Assembly (NCBI GenBank): GCA_963796055.1
Contig: CAWCKH010000004.1
Coordinates: 1,536,001 to 1,600,000, forward strand
Reading direction: 5' to 3'
Source of the DNA: an uncultured delta proteobacterium
GTDB lineage: Bacteria; Myxococcota; Myxococcia; Myxococcales; Myxococcaceae
DNA: 64,000 nucleotides
The stretch's first letter is position 1. Every line of letters starts with the position of its first letter. Below are positions 20,065 through 29,985 of this stretch, piece after piece. Made by a program: the position numbers and the translations under genes. Under the pieces are notes generated by a model. The model saw nothing but the letters and a program-made list of their open reading frames with translations. It did not search any database and was not told where the DNA came from.

Positions 20065-20958
20065 ATGGGTCTCCTCCGTGCCGTCGTCCTCGGGCTCGTC
20101 CAGGGCATCACCGAGTTCCTGCCCATCAGCTCGACGGCCCACCTCCGCATCGCGCCCGAGCTGTTTGGCTGGCAGGACCCCGGCGCGGCGTTCGACGCCA
20201 TCATCCAGCTGGGCACGGTGGCGGCGGTCCTGGTCTTCTTCCGCCGGGACATCGTCCAGATGTTCCGGGCCTGGGTGGACGGACTCCAGCGGCGCGACCC
20301 GCTAGGGACCACCGAGTCGCGTCTGGCGTGGTTCGTCCTCGTCGGAACCGTTCCGGTGGTGGTACTCGGGTTCGGCTTCAAGCACGCCATCGAGACCAGC
20401 CTTCGCTCGCTGTACGTCGTCGCTTCGTCGATGATCGCCCTGGCCCTGCTGCTCGCCGCGGCGGAGTGGACCGCCCGTCACTCCCGCCGCCTGCAGGACA
20501 TGAACTGGACCGACGGCTGGGTCATCGGCCTGTGGCAGGCGCTGGCGCTCGTCCCCGGATCGAGCCGCTCCGGCACCACCCTGACCGGAGGCCTGTGGCG
20601 AGGGCTCCGCCGCGAGGATGCCGCGCGGTACTCGTTCCTGCTCTCCATCCCGGCGACCACCGCCGCCGGGCTCTTCGAGCTCCGACACCTGCGCCACGCC
20701 TCCACGCCCTTCACCGGGACCGAGCTGGTGGTGGCGGCGGGGGTCGCCTTCGTCTCGGGAATGCTGGCGATCGGCGGCCTGCTCCGGTACCTCCGGACCC
20801 GCACCACCCTGGTGTTCGTCGTGTACCGGCTCGCCCTCGGGGTGCTGCTGCTCGCGTTGCTGCACGCCGGGCGGCTGCGTCCCGACGCGGGGCTGGAGGA
20901 GGGAGGACCGCGGCCGCTGGTGCCGGCCGCGGCGGCAGCGGAGCGAGTGCGTCCCTGA
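20065..20958 (+). CDS. uppP: Undecaprenyl-diphosphate phosphatase (BacA/UppP)
   Basis: LGLVQGITEFLPISSTAHL and QALALVPGSSRSGTT motifs; multiple TMs. Confidence 0.95.
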   Translation: MGLLRAVVLGLVQGITEFLPISSTAHLRIAPELFGWQDPGAAFDAIIQLGTVAAVLVFFRRDIVQMFRAWVDGLQRRDPLGTTESRLAWFVLVGTVPVVVLGFGFKHAIETSLRSLYVVASSMIALALLLAAAEWTARHSRRLQDMNWTDGWVIGLWQALALVPGSSRSGTTLTGGLWRGLRREDAARYSFLLSIPATTAAGLFELRHLRHASTPFTGTELVVAAGVAFVSGMLAIGGLLRYLRTRTTLVFVVYRLALGVLLLALLHAGRLRPDAGLEEGGPRPLVPAAAAAERVRP

Positions 20959-21557
20959 TGGATCCGCGGTTCTTCCAGCTCACCCGGGCGCTCCAGCAGC
21001 ATCCCGGTCGGCAGCTGAACCTCCCCGGACTGGAGCTGCGCGACTCGGCGGTGCTGGCGCCGTTCATCGTCCGGGAGGGGGAGCCGAGGCTGCTCTTCAC
21101 CCTCCGCCCGGCGCACCTTCGCCGCCACGCCGGGCAGGTCTCCTTCCCCGGCGGGGCGCGAGACCCCGAGGATCCGACGACCTTGCACACCGCCCTGCGC
21201 GAGCTGCGCGAGGAGCTGGGCGTTCCGGAGCAGACGGTCGAGGTGCTGGGGATGCTCGACGAGATCCCCACCACCTCCGAGTTCCGGGTCGTTCCCTACG
21301 TGGGTCTTCTGGACCCCTCGGTCGAGCTGCGTCCCGACGCGGGGGAGATCGCCGAGCTCCTCGAGATCCCGGTGTCGGATCTCCTTGTGCCCGGGCTGCG
21401 CAGGACCGAGAAACGCTTCTACCGGGGAGCCGAGCGCGACGTGTACTTCTACGACGTGGGCCGTCACACCATCTGGGGCGCCACCGCGCGCATCCTCTCC
21501 AACCTCCTGGCGGTGATCTCCGGGCTGCCGGCGTGGGCGGCGGCGAGGCCCACATGA
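20958..21557 (+). CDS. Nudix hydrolase, CoA pyrophosphatase subfamily
   Basis: LLFTLRPAHLRRHAGQVSFPGG, TALRELREELG and IWGATARIL; TGATG coupling to uppP. Confidence 0.88.
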   Translation: MDPRFFQLTRALQQHPGRQLNLPGLELRDSAVLAPFIVREGEPRLLFTLRPAHLRRHAGQVSFPGGARDPEDPTTLHTALRELREELGVPEQTVEVLGMLDEIPTTSEFRVVPYVGLLDPSVELRPDAGEIAELLEIPVSDLLVPGLRRTEKRFYRGAERDVYFYDVGRHTIWGATARILSNLLAVISGLPAWAAARPT

Positions 21558-22618
21558 CGCTCTACCCGGTGGTGATGGCCGGAGGGTCGGGGACGCGCTT
21601 CTGGCCCCTGTCGCGCAAGGCCCGCCCCAAGCAGTTCCTCGCCCTGGCCACCGATCGGCCGCTGATCGTGGAGACCGTCAAGCGCCTCGAGGGTCTCGCC
21701 ACCCCGGCGCGCACCTACGTCGTCTGTGGGCCGGTGCATGCCCGGGCGGTGCGGCGGCTGCTCTCGCGCATCCCCGCGGCCAACGTCCTGGTGGAGCCGG
21801 TCGCCCGGAACACCGCTCCGGCGATCGGGCTGGCCATCTTGCACGTGCAGGCCCGGGACCCGGACGGGGTGCTCGCGGTGCTTCCCTCGGACCACCACGT
21901 CGCCGACGTCCCCGGATTCCAGGCGGTGCTCCGCCGTGCCGCCGAGGTGGCGCAGACGGGCGCGCTGGTGACCATCGGCATCAAGCCCACGCGGCCCGAG
22001 ACCGGCTACGGCTACGTGCAGGTGGGTGAGCCCATCGACGGGCATGCCGCCCGGGTGCGGGCCTTCGTGGAGAAGCCGGACGCTCCCACCGCTGCGAGGT
22101 ACCTGGCCTCGGGCGAGTACCTGTGGAACGGGGGCATCTTCGTCTTCACCGCCCGCGCCATGCGCGAGGCCATCGACCGGCACCTGCCGGAGCTGGCCAC
22201 GGTGCTGGACCGGCTCGCGCCCACGGTGGGCACTCCCCGTCACGCCGCGGCCCTGAAGAGACACTTTCCCAGGGCGCCCTCGGTGTCCATCGACTACGGG
22301 GTGATGGAGAAGGCCCGGGACATCGCCGTGGTGCCCGGCGATTTCGGCTGGTCCGACGTGGGGAGCTTCGCCGCGCTGCCCGAGGTCCGGCCGTCGGACG
22401 CCGACGGGAACGTGGTGGTAGGGAAGGGCGTGGTGCTGGTGGACTCGGCGGGCTGCGTGGTGGTGGGGTCGGGCCGGCCACTGGGCGTGGTGGGGCTGCG
22501 AGACATGGTGGTGGTGGACTCCGGGGACGCGGTACTGGTGGTGCCGCGGGACCGGAGCCAGGACGTCAGGGCGGTGGTGGAGGCGCTGAAGGCCAGGGGC
22601 CTGAGCAGGTTCGAGTGA
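21554..22618 (+). CDS. manC: Mannose-1-phosphate guanylyltransferase
   Basis: MAGGSGTRFWPLSR..PKQFL, EPVARNTAPAI, ETGYGY, FVEKP, WNGGIF, SIDYGVME and WSDVGS. Confidence 0.93.
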   Translation: MTLYPVVMAGGSGTRFWPLSRKARPKQFLALATDRPLIVETVKRLEGLATPARTYVVCGPVHARAVRRLLSRIPAANVLVEPVARNTAPAIGLAILHVQARDPDGVLAVLPSDHHVADVPGFQAVLRRAAEVAQTGALVTIGIKPTRPETGYGYVQVGEPIDGHAARVRAFVEKPDAPTAARYLASGEYLWNGGIFVFTARAMREAIDRHLPELATVLDRLAPTVGTPRHAAALKRHFPRAPSVSIDYGVMEKARDIAVVPGDFGWSDVGSFAALPEVRPSDADGNVVVGKGVVLVDSAGCVVVGSGRPLGVVGLRDMVVVDSGDAVLVVPRDRSQDVRAVVEALKARGLSRFE

Positions 22619-22628
22619 GGCGAGAGGG

Positions 22629-23996
22629 ATGAACGCGCACATTTTTCGCGAATACGACATCCGCGGTCTGGTGGATCAGGACCTGACCGAGGAGGTGGTG
22701 GAGCTGCTGGGCAAGGGCCTGGGCACGGTCGTCCGGCGCAAGGGCGGCAAGAGCATCGTGGTGGGCCGCGATTGCCGCGAGTCCAGCACCCGCTTCCGCG
22801 AGCGGCTGGTGGCCGGGATCACCTCCACCGGTCTCGACGTGCTCGACGTGGGTGTGGTGCCGACGCCGCTGACCTACTTCGCCGCCAACACCCTGCCGGT
22901 GGACGGGTTGGCGATGATCACCGGAAGCCACAATCCGCCCGAGTACAACGGCTTCAAGGTCGGCCACGGGAAGACCACGCTCCACGGGCACGAGATCCAG
23001 GCGCTCCGCCAGCTGATCGAGGCCCGTGACTTCGAGGTGGGCCGCCCCGGACGCGCCACCAGCTTCGACATCGTCACCCCGTACGGGCACTTCATCCGGC
23101 AGACCATCCGCGTGGGCCGGAAGGGGATGCGCATCGTCATCGACGCCGGCAACGGCACCGGCGGCGAGGTGGCGGTCCCGCTGTTTCGGAGCATGGGCTT
23201 CGACGTGGTGCCCCTGTTCTGCGAGATGGACGCTCGCTTCCCCAACCACCACCCCGACCCCACGGTGCTGGACAACCTCCGGGACCTCATCGCCGCGGTG
23301 AAGAAAGAGAAGGCCGAGGTTGGCATCGCCTACGACGGCGACGCCGACCGCATCGGCGTCATCGACGACCAGGGGAAGGTGCTCTGGGGCGACCAGCTGA
23401 TGATCCTCTTCTCCCGCTCGGTGCTGGCCGAGGCGCCGGGCGCGGCCATCATCGGCGAGGTGAAGTGCTCGTCCACGCTCTACGACGACATCGCCGCCCG
23501 CGGTGGGACTCCGGTGATGTGGAAGGCGGGGCACAGCCTGATCAAGGCCAAGATGAAAGAGACCCACGCCCAGCTCGCCGGGGAGATGAGCGGGCACATC
23601 TTCTTCAAGCACCGCTACTTCGGCTTCGACGACGCGGTGTACAGCTCGGCGCGCTTGCTGGAGATCCTCACCCACGAGAAGCGCCCGCTCTCGGTGCTGC
23701 TGGCCGACGTTCCGCGCACCTTCGCCAGCCCGGAGATCCGCTTCGACGTCCCGGAGGAGAAGAAGTTCGCCATGGTGCGGCGAGCCACCGAGGTGCTGCG
23801 CGCCGCCGGCCACTCCATCATCGACGTGGACGGGGTGCGGGTGACCTTCGCCGACGGCTGGGGCCTCATCCGGGCGAGCAATACCCAGCCACTGCTGGTC
23901 CTCCGGTTCGAGGCGAAGACCGAAAGCCGTCTCCGGGAAATCCAGTCGCTCATCGAGAACACTGTGCGTCAGGTCCAGCGCGAGGTCGGCGCGTGA
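22629..23996 (+). CDS. algC: Phosphomannomutase/phosphoglucomutase
   Basis: FREYDIRG, TGSHNP (phosphoserine), DGDADR, GEMSGH and RASNTQP. Confidence 0.93.
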   Translation: MNAHIFREYDIRGLVDQDLTEEVVELLGKGLGTVVRRKGGKSIVVGRDCRESSTRFRERLVAGITSTGLDVLDVGVVPTPLTYFAANTLPVDGLAMITGSHNPPEYNGFKVGHGKTTLHGHEIQALRQLIEARDFEVGRPGRATSFDIVTPYGHFIRQTIRVGRKGMRIVIDAGNGTGGEVAVPLFRSMGFDVVPLFCEMDARFPNHHPDPTVLDNLRDLIAAVKKEKAEVGIAYDGDADRIGVIDDQGKVLWGDQLMILFSRSVLAEAPGAAIIGEVKCSSTLYDDIAARGGTPVMWKAGHSLIKAKMKETHAQLAGEMSGHIFFKHRYFGFDDAVYSSARLLEILTHEKRPLSVLLADVPRTFASPEIRFDVPEEKKFAMVRRATEVLRAAGHSIIDVDGVRVTFADGWGLIRASNTQPLLVLRFEAKTESRLREIQSLIENTVRQVQREVGA

Positions 23997-24046
23997 ACCT
24001 TCGACGGAAACCGGGCGGGCCCCTCGCCCTGCGCTAGACTCTGCGG

Positions 24047-24541
24047 ATGGCAGACGCCTCGCCGGCCCTGGTGGGCATCATCATGGGGAGCTCGTCGGAC
24101 TGGTCCACCCTGGCTCCGGCCGCCGAGGTGCTGACCGAGCTGGGCATCCCCTTCGAGGCCCGGGTGGTCAGCGCGCACCGCACCCCGGACTGGATGTTCG
24201 AGTACGCCTCGACTGCCGAGGCCCGCGGGCTCCGGGTGATCATTGCCGGCGCCGGCGGGGCTGCCCACCTTCCCGGGATGGTGGCGGCGAAGACGCTGGT
24301 GCCGGTGCTGGGCGTTCCGGTGCCGGCCACGCTGTTGCAGGGCGTGGACTCGCTGCTCTCCATCGTCCAGATGCCCAAGGGCGTGCCGGTGGGAACGCTG
24401 GCCATCGGCAAGCCCGGAGCGGCCAACGCGGCGCTGCTCGCGGCGGAGATCGTCGGCCTGGGCCAGCCCGAGGTGCGCGAGCGACTGCGGGCCTGGCGTG
24501 CGGCGCGCACCCGCGAGGCGCTGGAGAGCAACGTTCCGTGA
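24047..24541 (+). CDS. purE: N5-carboxyaminoimidazole ribonucleotide mutase
   Basis: [25 protein letters not shown] and [11 protein letters not shown]. Confidence 0.97.
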   Translation: MADASPALVGIIMGSSSDWSTLAPAAEVLTELGIPFEARVVSAHRTPDWMFEYASTAEARGLRVIIAGAGGAAHLPGMVAAKTLVPVLGVPVPATLLQGVDSLLSIVQMPKGVPVGTLAIGKPGAANAALLAAEIVGLGQPEVRERLRAWRAARTREALESNVP

Positions 24542-25683
24542 GCGTCATCCTCCCCGGAGCGACCATCGGCATCCTCGGCGGGGGACAGCTCGGCCGGATG
24601 ACGGCCATGGCCGCCCGCACGCTGGGGTACCACCTGGCGGCGCTGGATCCCGATCCGTCGTGCGCCGCGCGCTTTTTGGTGGAGACCTGCGTCACCGCGG
24701 CGTTCGACGACGTGCAGGCGGCGAGGCAGCTGGCCCAGCGGTGCAACGTGGCCACGGTGGAGATCGAGAAGATCTCCATCGAGGTGATGCGGGCGGTCCA
24801 GGAGGTCATCCCCATGCGCCCCGGTCCGGAGGTGCTGTACGTGGTCCAGGACCGCGCGCGGCAGAAGGACTGGCTGGCCGAGCGCGGTTTCCCGGTGGGG
24901 CCGTACCGCAAGGCGGCCACCGAGGACGAGCTTCGCCAGGCGGCGGGGGCCCTCGGCGGACGCTGTTACGTGAAGGTGACCCACGGCGGGTACGACGGCC
25001 GGGGCCAGGACATCCTCACCGGTCCGGAGGACGCCGGCCGCGTCTGGCAGGTCCTGGGCGGGGTGCCGGTGGTGGTGGAGAGGGGGCTCGAGCTGGAGTC
25101 CGAGCTGAGCGTGCTGGTGGCCCGCCGCCCCTCGGGCGAGGCCCGCTCCTACGCCCCGGCGCTCAACAACCACATCAAGGGAATCCTCGAGTGGAGCGTG
25201 CTCCCGGGCCCGCTGCCGCACGCTGTGGCCAACCAGGCCGAGTCGATCGCCCGCGACATCGCCGCCGCCCTGGGTGTCGAGGGGCTGCTGGTGGCCGAGT
25301 TCTTCCTCACCCGGGCGGGCGAGCTGTACGTCAACGAGCTCGCGCCGCGGCCGCATAACACCTTCCACGCCACCGAGGTGGGCTGCGCCACCAGTCAGTT
25401 CGAGCAGCACACGCGCTCGGTCTGCGACCTGCCGCTCGGGTCGACCGAGCTCATCAGGCCGGCGGCGATCGTGAACATCCTCGGGGACCTCTGGGCAGGG
25501 GACGTGCCTCCGCCGTTCGACCGGGCCCTGGAGATTTCCGGGGTCCGGGTCCATCTCTACGGCAAGCGGGTGGCACGGCCGGGCCGGAAGATGGGCCACC
25601 TCTCGGCCATCGGGGCGACCCCCGAGGAGGCGCTTCACAAGGTCCAGGAGGCCCGGGCCCGGCTGTACCGGTCCCCGACGTGA
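24538..25683 (+). CDS. purK: N5-carboxyaminoimidazole ribonucleotide synthase
   Basis: [33 protein letters not shown] and [13 protein letters not shown]. Confidence 0.96.
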   Translation: MSVILPGATIGILGGGQLGRMTAMAARTLGYHLAALDPDPSCAARFLVETCVTAAFDDVQAARQLAQRCNVATVEIEKISIEVMRAVQEVIPMRPGPEVLYVVQDRARQKDWLAERGFPVGPYRKAATEDELRQAAGALGGRCYVKVTHGGYDGRGQDILTGPEDAGRVWQVLGGVPVVVERGLELESELSVLVARRPSGEARSYAPALNNHIKGILEWSVLPGPLPHAVANQAESIARDIAAALGVEGLLVAEFFLTRAGELYVNELAPRPHNTFHATEVGCATSQFEQHTRSVCDLPLGSTELIRPAAIVNILGDLWAGDVPPPFDRALEISGVRVHLYGKRVARPGRKMGHLSAIGATPEEALHKVQEARARLYRSPT

Positions 25684-25692
25684 GCGCCGGCG

Positions 25693-27015
25693 CTATCCGG
25701 CGAGAAGGTCCCGGACGAAGGCCATCGCCCGCTCGCGGCAGAGCAGAGGGTCGGCGAGGCTCTGGGCGGTCCGGAGGAGCCAGGGGTCCGAGGGCGCGCT
25801 CGCCTCGAGCTGCTCGGCCCAGGAGATGAGCGACTCGAGCGAGACGACCCCGTCGCGGTAGCCGGTCAGCATCCGGCGCGCAGTGTCACGTGCAGTGGCT
25901 CCCGCAGGAGCGCTCACGGGTTCCACGGGCATGGTCGGGTAAGGATGTACGGCACGACCGAGGTCTCCGTCGAGGAACGCTGCGTACGGGCTCGATGACC
26001 GAGGCGCGGGTCCGGCCACTCCTCGAGCGAGTGAGGCTCCATCGGACTCGCCGTCGACGCTCATCGCGGGCCCGTCGGGGGCTCCGCACCGAATCGCGCG
26101 TGGAAAGGGACGGCCGGTGACGCGCCGGTGGTACTCCGCGGGAGTGCAGCCCACCTCCCGCCGGAAGGCCCGGCAGAAGGCGGAGACGTTCGCGTAGCCG
26201 AGGTCGCGAGCGATGTCCGCGAGCTTTGGCGACTCGCCCTCCAGCATCGGGAACGCGCGCTGGATGCGAAGCTGCCGAAGCAACCGCCCGGGCGTCTCGC
26301 CCGCGAATGCCGTCGCATGTGCCCAGATCCTTCTCGGAGAGCGATGAACCACGGAGGCGAGCATCTCGACGGAGCGAGGAGCAGAAATGCACTCAGCGTC
26401 TCCCAGCCCGGTGCGCAGGACTGGATCGGTGAGCATCCCCAGCCAGCCGGGCGCGCTCCAGAACCCATCGGTGAGCTCGGCTCGAAGCCCCTGGATGACG
26501 AAGAGCTCCATCAGGCGCTGCACGATCGCAGTCACTCCCTGACGGGGATGGGAGAGCTCGTCGAGCAAGCTCTCGACCACGGGGTCGCGAAAACCGGGAA
26601 GCGAGAGACGCTGCGGCCTGATCAAGACCACCGGTGGAAGAGGATGCGAGGCGCCCGGGCGACGAGCGGGATCGAGCTGCGCGGAAACGAGCAGCACACC
26701 GCCATCTCGAGGTGGGAAGACGACCCGCTCGAGCGAGATCCCCCCACTCCAGTTGAACCCACCGAGCGGAGACAGCCGTGGCCCGTGTGCGTGGAGTTCG
26801 CAGCCGACGGTGCCGGAGATGAGGAGCGCCGAGCCCTTGCCGAGGGGCAGGTCATGCTTCGCGGTCGCCGGCCATGCACGGCACCGGCCGTGGCGCACGA
26901 AGTGAACCGCCGGTCGGTCGCCGAGCGACAGCGACCAGCTACCCTCCAGGGTGTGGGTTCTCGGCTCCTGGACCCGAAGCCCGAGGGCGGAGACCAGAAC
27001 GCTCAGCAGATCCAG
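25693..27015 (-). CDS. AraC-family regulator (cupin_6 type), divergent, with probable CTG start and long C-terminal extension
   Basis: xDLLSVLV N-terminus, HFVRHG cupin, GWLGMLTDP and IARDLGYANVSAFCRAFRREVGCTP. GGGAGG SD lies 5 nt before CTG at 27015; no stop until 25693. Confidence 0.6.
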   Translation of the reverse strand: MDLLSVLVSALGLRVQEPRTHTLEGSWSLSLGDRPAVHFVRHGRCRAWPATAKHDLPLGKGSALLISGTVGCELHAHGPRLSPLGGFNWSGGISLERVVFPPRDGGVLLVSAQLDPARRPGASHPLPPVVLIRPQRLSLPGFRDPVVESLLDELSHPRQGVTAIVQRLMELFVIQGLRAELTDGFWSAPGWLGMLTDPVLRTGLGDAECISAPRSVEMLASVVHRSPRRIWAHATAFAGETPGRLLRQLRIQRAFPMLEGESPKLADIARDLGYANVSAFCRAFRREVGCTPAEYHRRVTGRPFPRAIRCGAPDGPAMSVDGESDGASLARGVAGPAPRSSSPYAAFLDGDLGRAVHPYPTMPVEPVSAPAGATARDTARRMLTGYRDGVVSLESLISWAEQLEASAPSDPWLLRTAQSLADPLLCRERAMAFVRDLLAG

Positions 27016-27129
27016 GCTTGCCTCCCTCGATCGAGGCTGCTGCAAGAAGCGGACACGGAATTTCCGCCCGACGGCGTCCTCGTGAGTCCCGTCGCCTGGA
27101 CGCCGGCCCCGGCGCACCGGACGGTCCTG

Positions 27130-27318
27130 CCCGGGCGACCGATTCGGTATCTGGAAGGCGCTTCCAGGCACAAAATCGGTCGGCCAGGTCGGTGCGGATG
27201 CCGCGGGCGCAGGCCGTCGCTCCAAACCACCTGTCGAGCGGATGAGGGACTGACCCGGGCGCCCGATTCGGTATTTGGAAGGCGCTTCCAGGCACAAAAC
27301 CGGTTGGCCGGGCCGGTG
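27130..27318. repeat. Two 65-bp direct repeats (27130-27194, 27254-27318), each folding into a long imperfect hairpin
   Basis: CCCGGGCG(A/C)CCGATTCGGTAT(C/T)TGGAAGGCGCTTCCAGGCACAAAA(T/C)CGGT(C/T)GGCC(A/G)GG(T/C)CGGTG; 6 differences; 59-nt spacer. Confidence 0.9.
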
Positions 27319-27487
27319 GGGGGCGCTGGAGCGAATCGCCCGCTCGATCCGGCCTGGCGGGCTTTCCTCGAGCTCGAGTGCGCCAGGCGCACCTGGCTCG
27401 AGAGGGCATCTGGCATCCGCACGTCGACGACCCGCGGGAAGCGGTCAACCGAGCGGCTACAATCCGCCCGCCCGCGGAGGCCACCAC

Positions 27488-28375
27488 ATGCATCGGAAGA
27501 CTTCAGCCCACTTCGACCAGGAGCTCCTCGACCTCTTCGACAAGTACGTGCATGGCGACATCGATCGCCGTGGCTTCCTCGAGCGGGCGACCAGGTTCGC
27601 CGTCGGCGGGACGACCGCCGCGATGCTCCTCGAGGCGCTCACCCCTCGCTTCGCCCAGGCCCAGCAGATCCCCAGCGACGACAAGCGCCTCAAGGCGAGT
27701 TTCGTCGAGTACCAGTCCCCCCACGGCCAGGGGAAGATGCGCGGCCATCTGGTGCGCCCGGCCGGTGACGTCGGCAAGCTGCCGGGGGTCCTCGTCGTGC
27801 ACGAGAATCGCGGGTTGAATCCGCACATCGAGGACATTGCCCGCCGGATCGCCCTCGAGCACTTCATGGCCTTCGCCCCGGACGCGCTGGCACCGCTCGG
27901 CGGCTACCCGGGCGACGAGGACAAGGCCCGCGAGATGTTCGCCAAGCTCGACCAGGGAAAGGTTGGCGAGGACTTCGTCGCCGCTGCCGCCTACCTCAAG
28001 AATCGGCCGGACTGCACCGGCAAGATCGGCGTGGTCGGCTTCTGCTGGGGCGGCGGAATTGCCAACATGCTGGCGACCCGACTGCCTGATCTGGCGGCGG
28101 CCGTCCCCTTCTACGGCGCGCAGCCCAAGGCCCAGGACGTCGCCCTCATCAAGTCACCACTCCTCATTCACTACGCCGAGCACGACGAGCGGATCAACGC
28201 CGGCGCCGCCGCTTACCAGGCCGCGCTCAAGGCGAGCCACGTGAAGTACCAGATGTTCACCTATCCCGGCACCCAGCACGGCTTCAACAACGACACCACA
28301 CCCCGCTTCGACAAGGCCGCGGCCCAGCTCGCCTGGCAGCGGACCATCGAGTTCCTCAGGAAGAACCTCGGCTGA
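27488..28375 (+). CDS. Dienelactone hydrolase family protein (YghX-like)
   Basis: DKYVHGDIDRRGFL (Tat-like), HENRGLNPHI, GFCWGG nucleophile and HGFNND; GGAGG SD and TACAAT -10 upstream. Confidence 0.92.
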   Translation: MHRKTSAHFDQELLDLFDKYVHGDIDRRGFLERATRFAVGGTTAAMLLEALTPRFAQAQQIPSDDKRLKASFVEYQSPHGQGKMRGHLVRPAGDVGKLPGVLVVHENRGLNPHIEDIARRIALEHFMAFAPDALAPLGGYPGDEDKAREMFAKLDQGKVGEDFVAAAAYLKNRPDCTGKIGVVGFCWGGGIANMLATRLPDLAAAVPFYGAQPKAQDVALIKSPLLIHYAEHDERINAGAAAYQAALKASHVKYQMFTYPGTQHGFNNDTTPRFDKAAAQLAWQRTIEFLRKNLG

Positions 28376-28384
28376 GGCGGCCGC

Positions 28385-28825
28385 ATGCGCACCTTGCTCC
28401 TCGAGCTCAGGTCTCGGCTGGACGACGTCACGGAAGGTCTCCGCCACGTCACCGTCCGTCGAATGTTCGGTTGCGACGCCTTCCTCGCCGGAGGTGCCAT
28501 CTTCGCCATGGTGTGGCGCGAGGGCCGCATCGGACTGCGGCTCCCGGACGACCAGCTCCCCGAGCTGCGAGCGCTCCCCGGCGCCGACCCCTGGCGGCAC
28601 CGAAACATGGTGGTCCGCCAGTGGGTGCTGGTTCCCGAGGCGTTCCACGACGACGCGGATGGGCTCGCTCCCTGGGTCCGGAAGGCACACGCCGCCGCCC
28701 TTTCCCGCGGTCCAGCCCCGGCGAAGAAGCCGGCCCGCCCGGCCGCGGTCCGGCGCAGCAAGCGCAAGACCGGCAGCGCACGCAAGAAGAGCCGCCGCCC
28801 CCGTCAGTCCAGCAGGAAGGTGTAG
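28385..28825 (+). CDS. TfoX/Sxy N-terminal domain protein
   Basis: RRMFGC..F..G.IFA and WVLVP..W motifs; basic C-terminal tail overlaps the tonB 3' end. Confidence 0.7.
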   Translation: MRTLLLELRSRLDDVTEGLRHVTVRRMFGCDAFLAGGAIFAMVWREGRIGLRLPDDQLPELRALPGADPWRHRNMVVRQWVLVPEAFHDDADGLAPWVRKAHAAALSRGPAPAKKPARPAAVRRSKRKTGSARKKSRRPRQSSRKV

Positions 28826-29553
28826 CGGTAGGTGATCTGCGCTGCGACCGGCTGGCCCTTGCGCAGGGCCGGCCGGAAGCGAATGCGTTCCACCGCCTTC
28901 GCCGCCGCCTGGTCCAGCCCGCCGCCGGGGCCGGAGAGAATCTTCACCGTCCGTACCCGGCCGGTCTCGTCCACCAGCACCGACAGCACCACCGTCCCCT
29001 CGATGCCGCGGCTGCGGGCGTCCTCCGGGTACGGGATCCGGACCTCGCCGATGACCGTGGGCTGGCTGTCCAGCTCGTAGAGCGGCACCGGCGAGGGCTT
29101 CACCGAGGCGGGGTCCGCCGCCTTGGCCGGCGGCTTCCCGGCCAGCGTGTTTCCCACCGGGGCCTCGAAGCCGCCGGCGGTGGTCGTCGAGCGCAGCGTC
29201 AGCCCCACCACCACCGGGGGCGGCTCGGATGGCTTGGCCTCGGGCGGCGGGGTGTCGTTCGGCGGAGGCTGGACCAGCAGCCGCGGGTCCAGCTTCGGCT
29301 TGAAGAGCTTGCGGATCTCCCGGGGAATCGGGCGCGGCGGCTCCGGCTTGGCCGCAGGCGCGGGCGGAGGCGCCGGGCGCTCCACCTCCACCATCACCAG
29401 CTCGGACACCCGCCTCTGCGGCACGGGAGGGAGCGGAGCGTTCGACAGCCAGAGCAGCACCGCGACGTGGACCGCGATCGAGACGCCGAGGAAGGACCAG
29501 AGCAGCCCGGGGTGCGGCGCCGGCTCGGGCGAGAGGAGGACCGCCTCGCTCAC
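28804..29553 (-). CDS. tonB: TonB family energy transducer
   Basis: TM with SIAVH (S-x3-H), Pro-rich linker and C-terminal YPEDARSRGIEGTVVLSVLVDETGRV...FRPA. Confidence 0.9.
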   Translation of the reverse strand: MSEAVLLSPEPAPHPGLLWSFLGVSIAVHVAVLLWLSNAPLPPVPQRRVSELVMVEVERPAPPPAPAAKPEPPRPIPREIRKLFKPKLDPRLLVQPPPNDTPPPEAKPSEPPPVVVGLTLRSTTTAGGFEAPVGNTLAGKPPAKAADPASVKPSPVPLYELDSQPTVIGEVRIPYPEDARSRGIEGTVVLSVLVDETGRVRTVKILSGPGGGLDQAAAKAVERIRFRPALRKGQPVAAQITYRYTFLLD

Positions 29554-29981
29554 GGCCGGGGGCTCCCCGCCTGCGGGTCCCGCTCGATGTTCAGGGCGAA
29601 CTTGGCGATGCCCTCGCCCTTCACCAGGTCGATGAGGTGCATCACCCGACCGTAGGGAAGTGACTGGTCGGCGCTGATGATCGCCCGGGTGTCGGGATCC
29701 TGCTTCACCCCGTCGGCCACCCTGGCCCGCAGCCCCGCCTCGTCGGTCTGCGCGCCGTCGACGAACAGCGTGCCGTTCCGGTCCATCACCACGTTGACCA
29801 GGCCCTGCACGGTGGTGCCGGCGTTGGCCGCCCGCGGGAGGTCCACCTCCATCGTCTCGCGGACGATGAAGTTCGCGGTCACCATGAAGATGATCAGCAG
29901 CACCAGCACGATGTCGACCAGCGGGGTGACGTTGATCCCGGTGATCTCCTCGTCCTCGTCCTCGCCGAGCGCCATCGCCAC
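29550..29981 (-). CDS. exbD: ExbD/TolR family protein
   Basis: INVTPLVDIVLVLLIIFMV with the conserved Asp; ISADQSLPYG. Confidence 0.92.
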   Translation of the reverse strand: MAMALGEDEDEEITGINVTPLVDIVLVLLIIFMVTANFIVRETMEVDLPRAANAGTTVQGLVNVVMDRNGTLFVDGAQTDEAGLRARVADGVKQDPDTRAIISADQSLPYGRVMHLIDLVKGEGIAKFALNIERDPQAGSPRP

Positions 29982-29985
29982 GCCG

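Noticed and set aside
27130..27318. CRISPR array or integron attC interpretation of the tandem repeat
   Set aside because: Only two units, the 65-bp repeat is too long, there is no cas or integrase gene, and no RYYYAAC/GTTRRRY ends.
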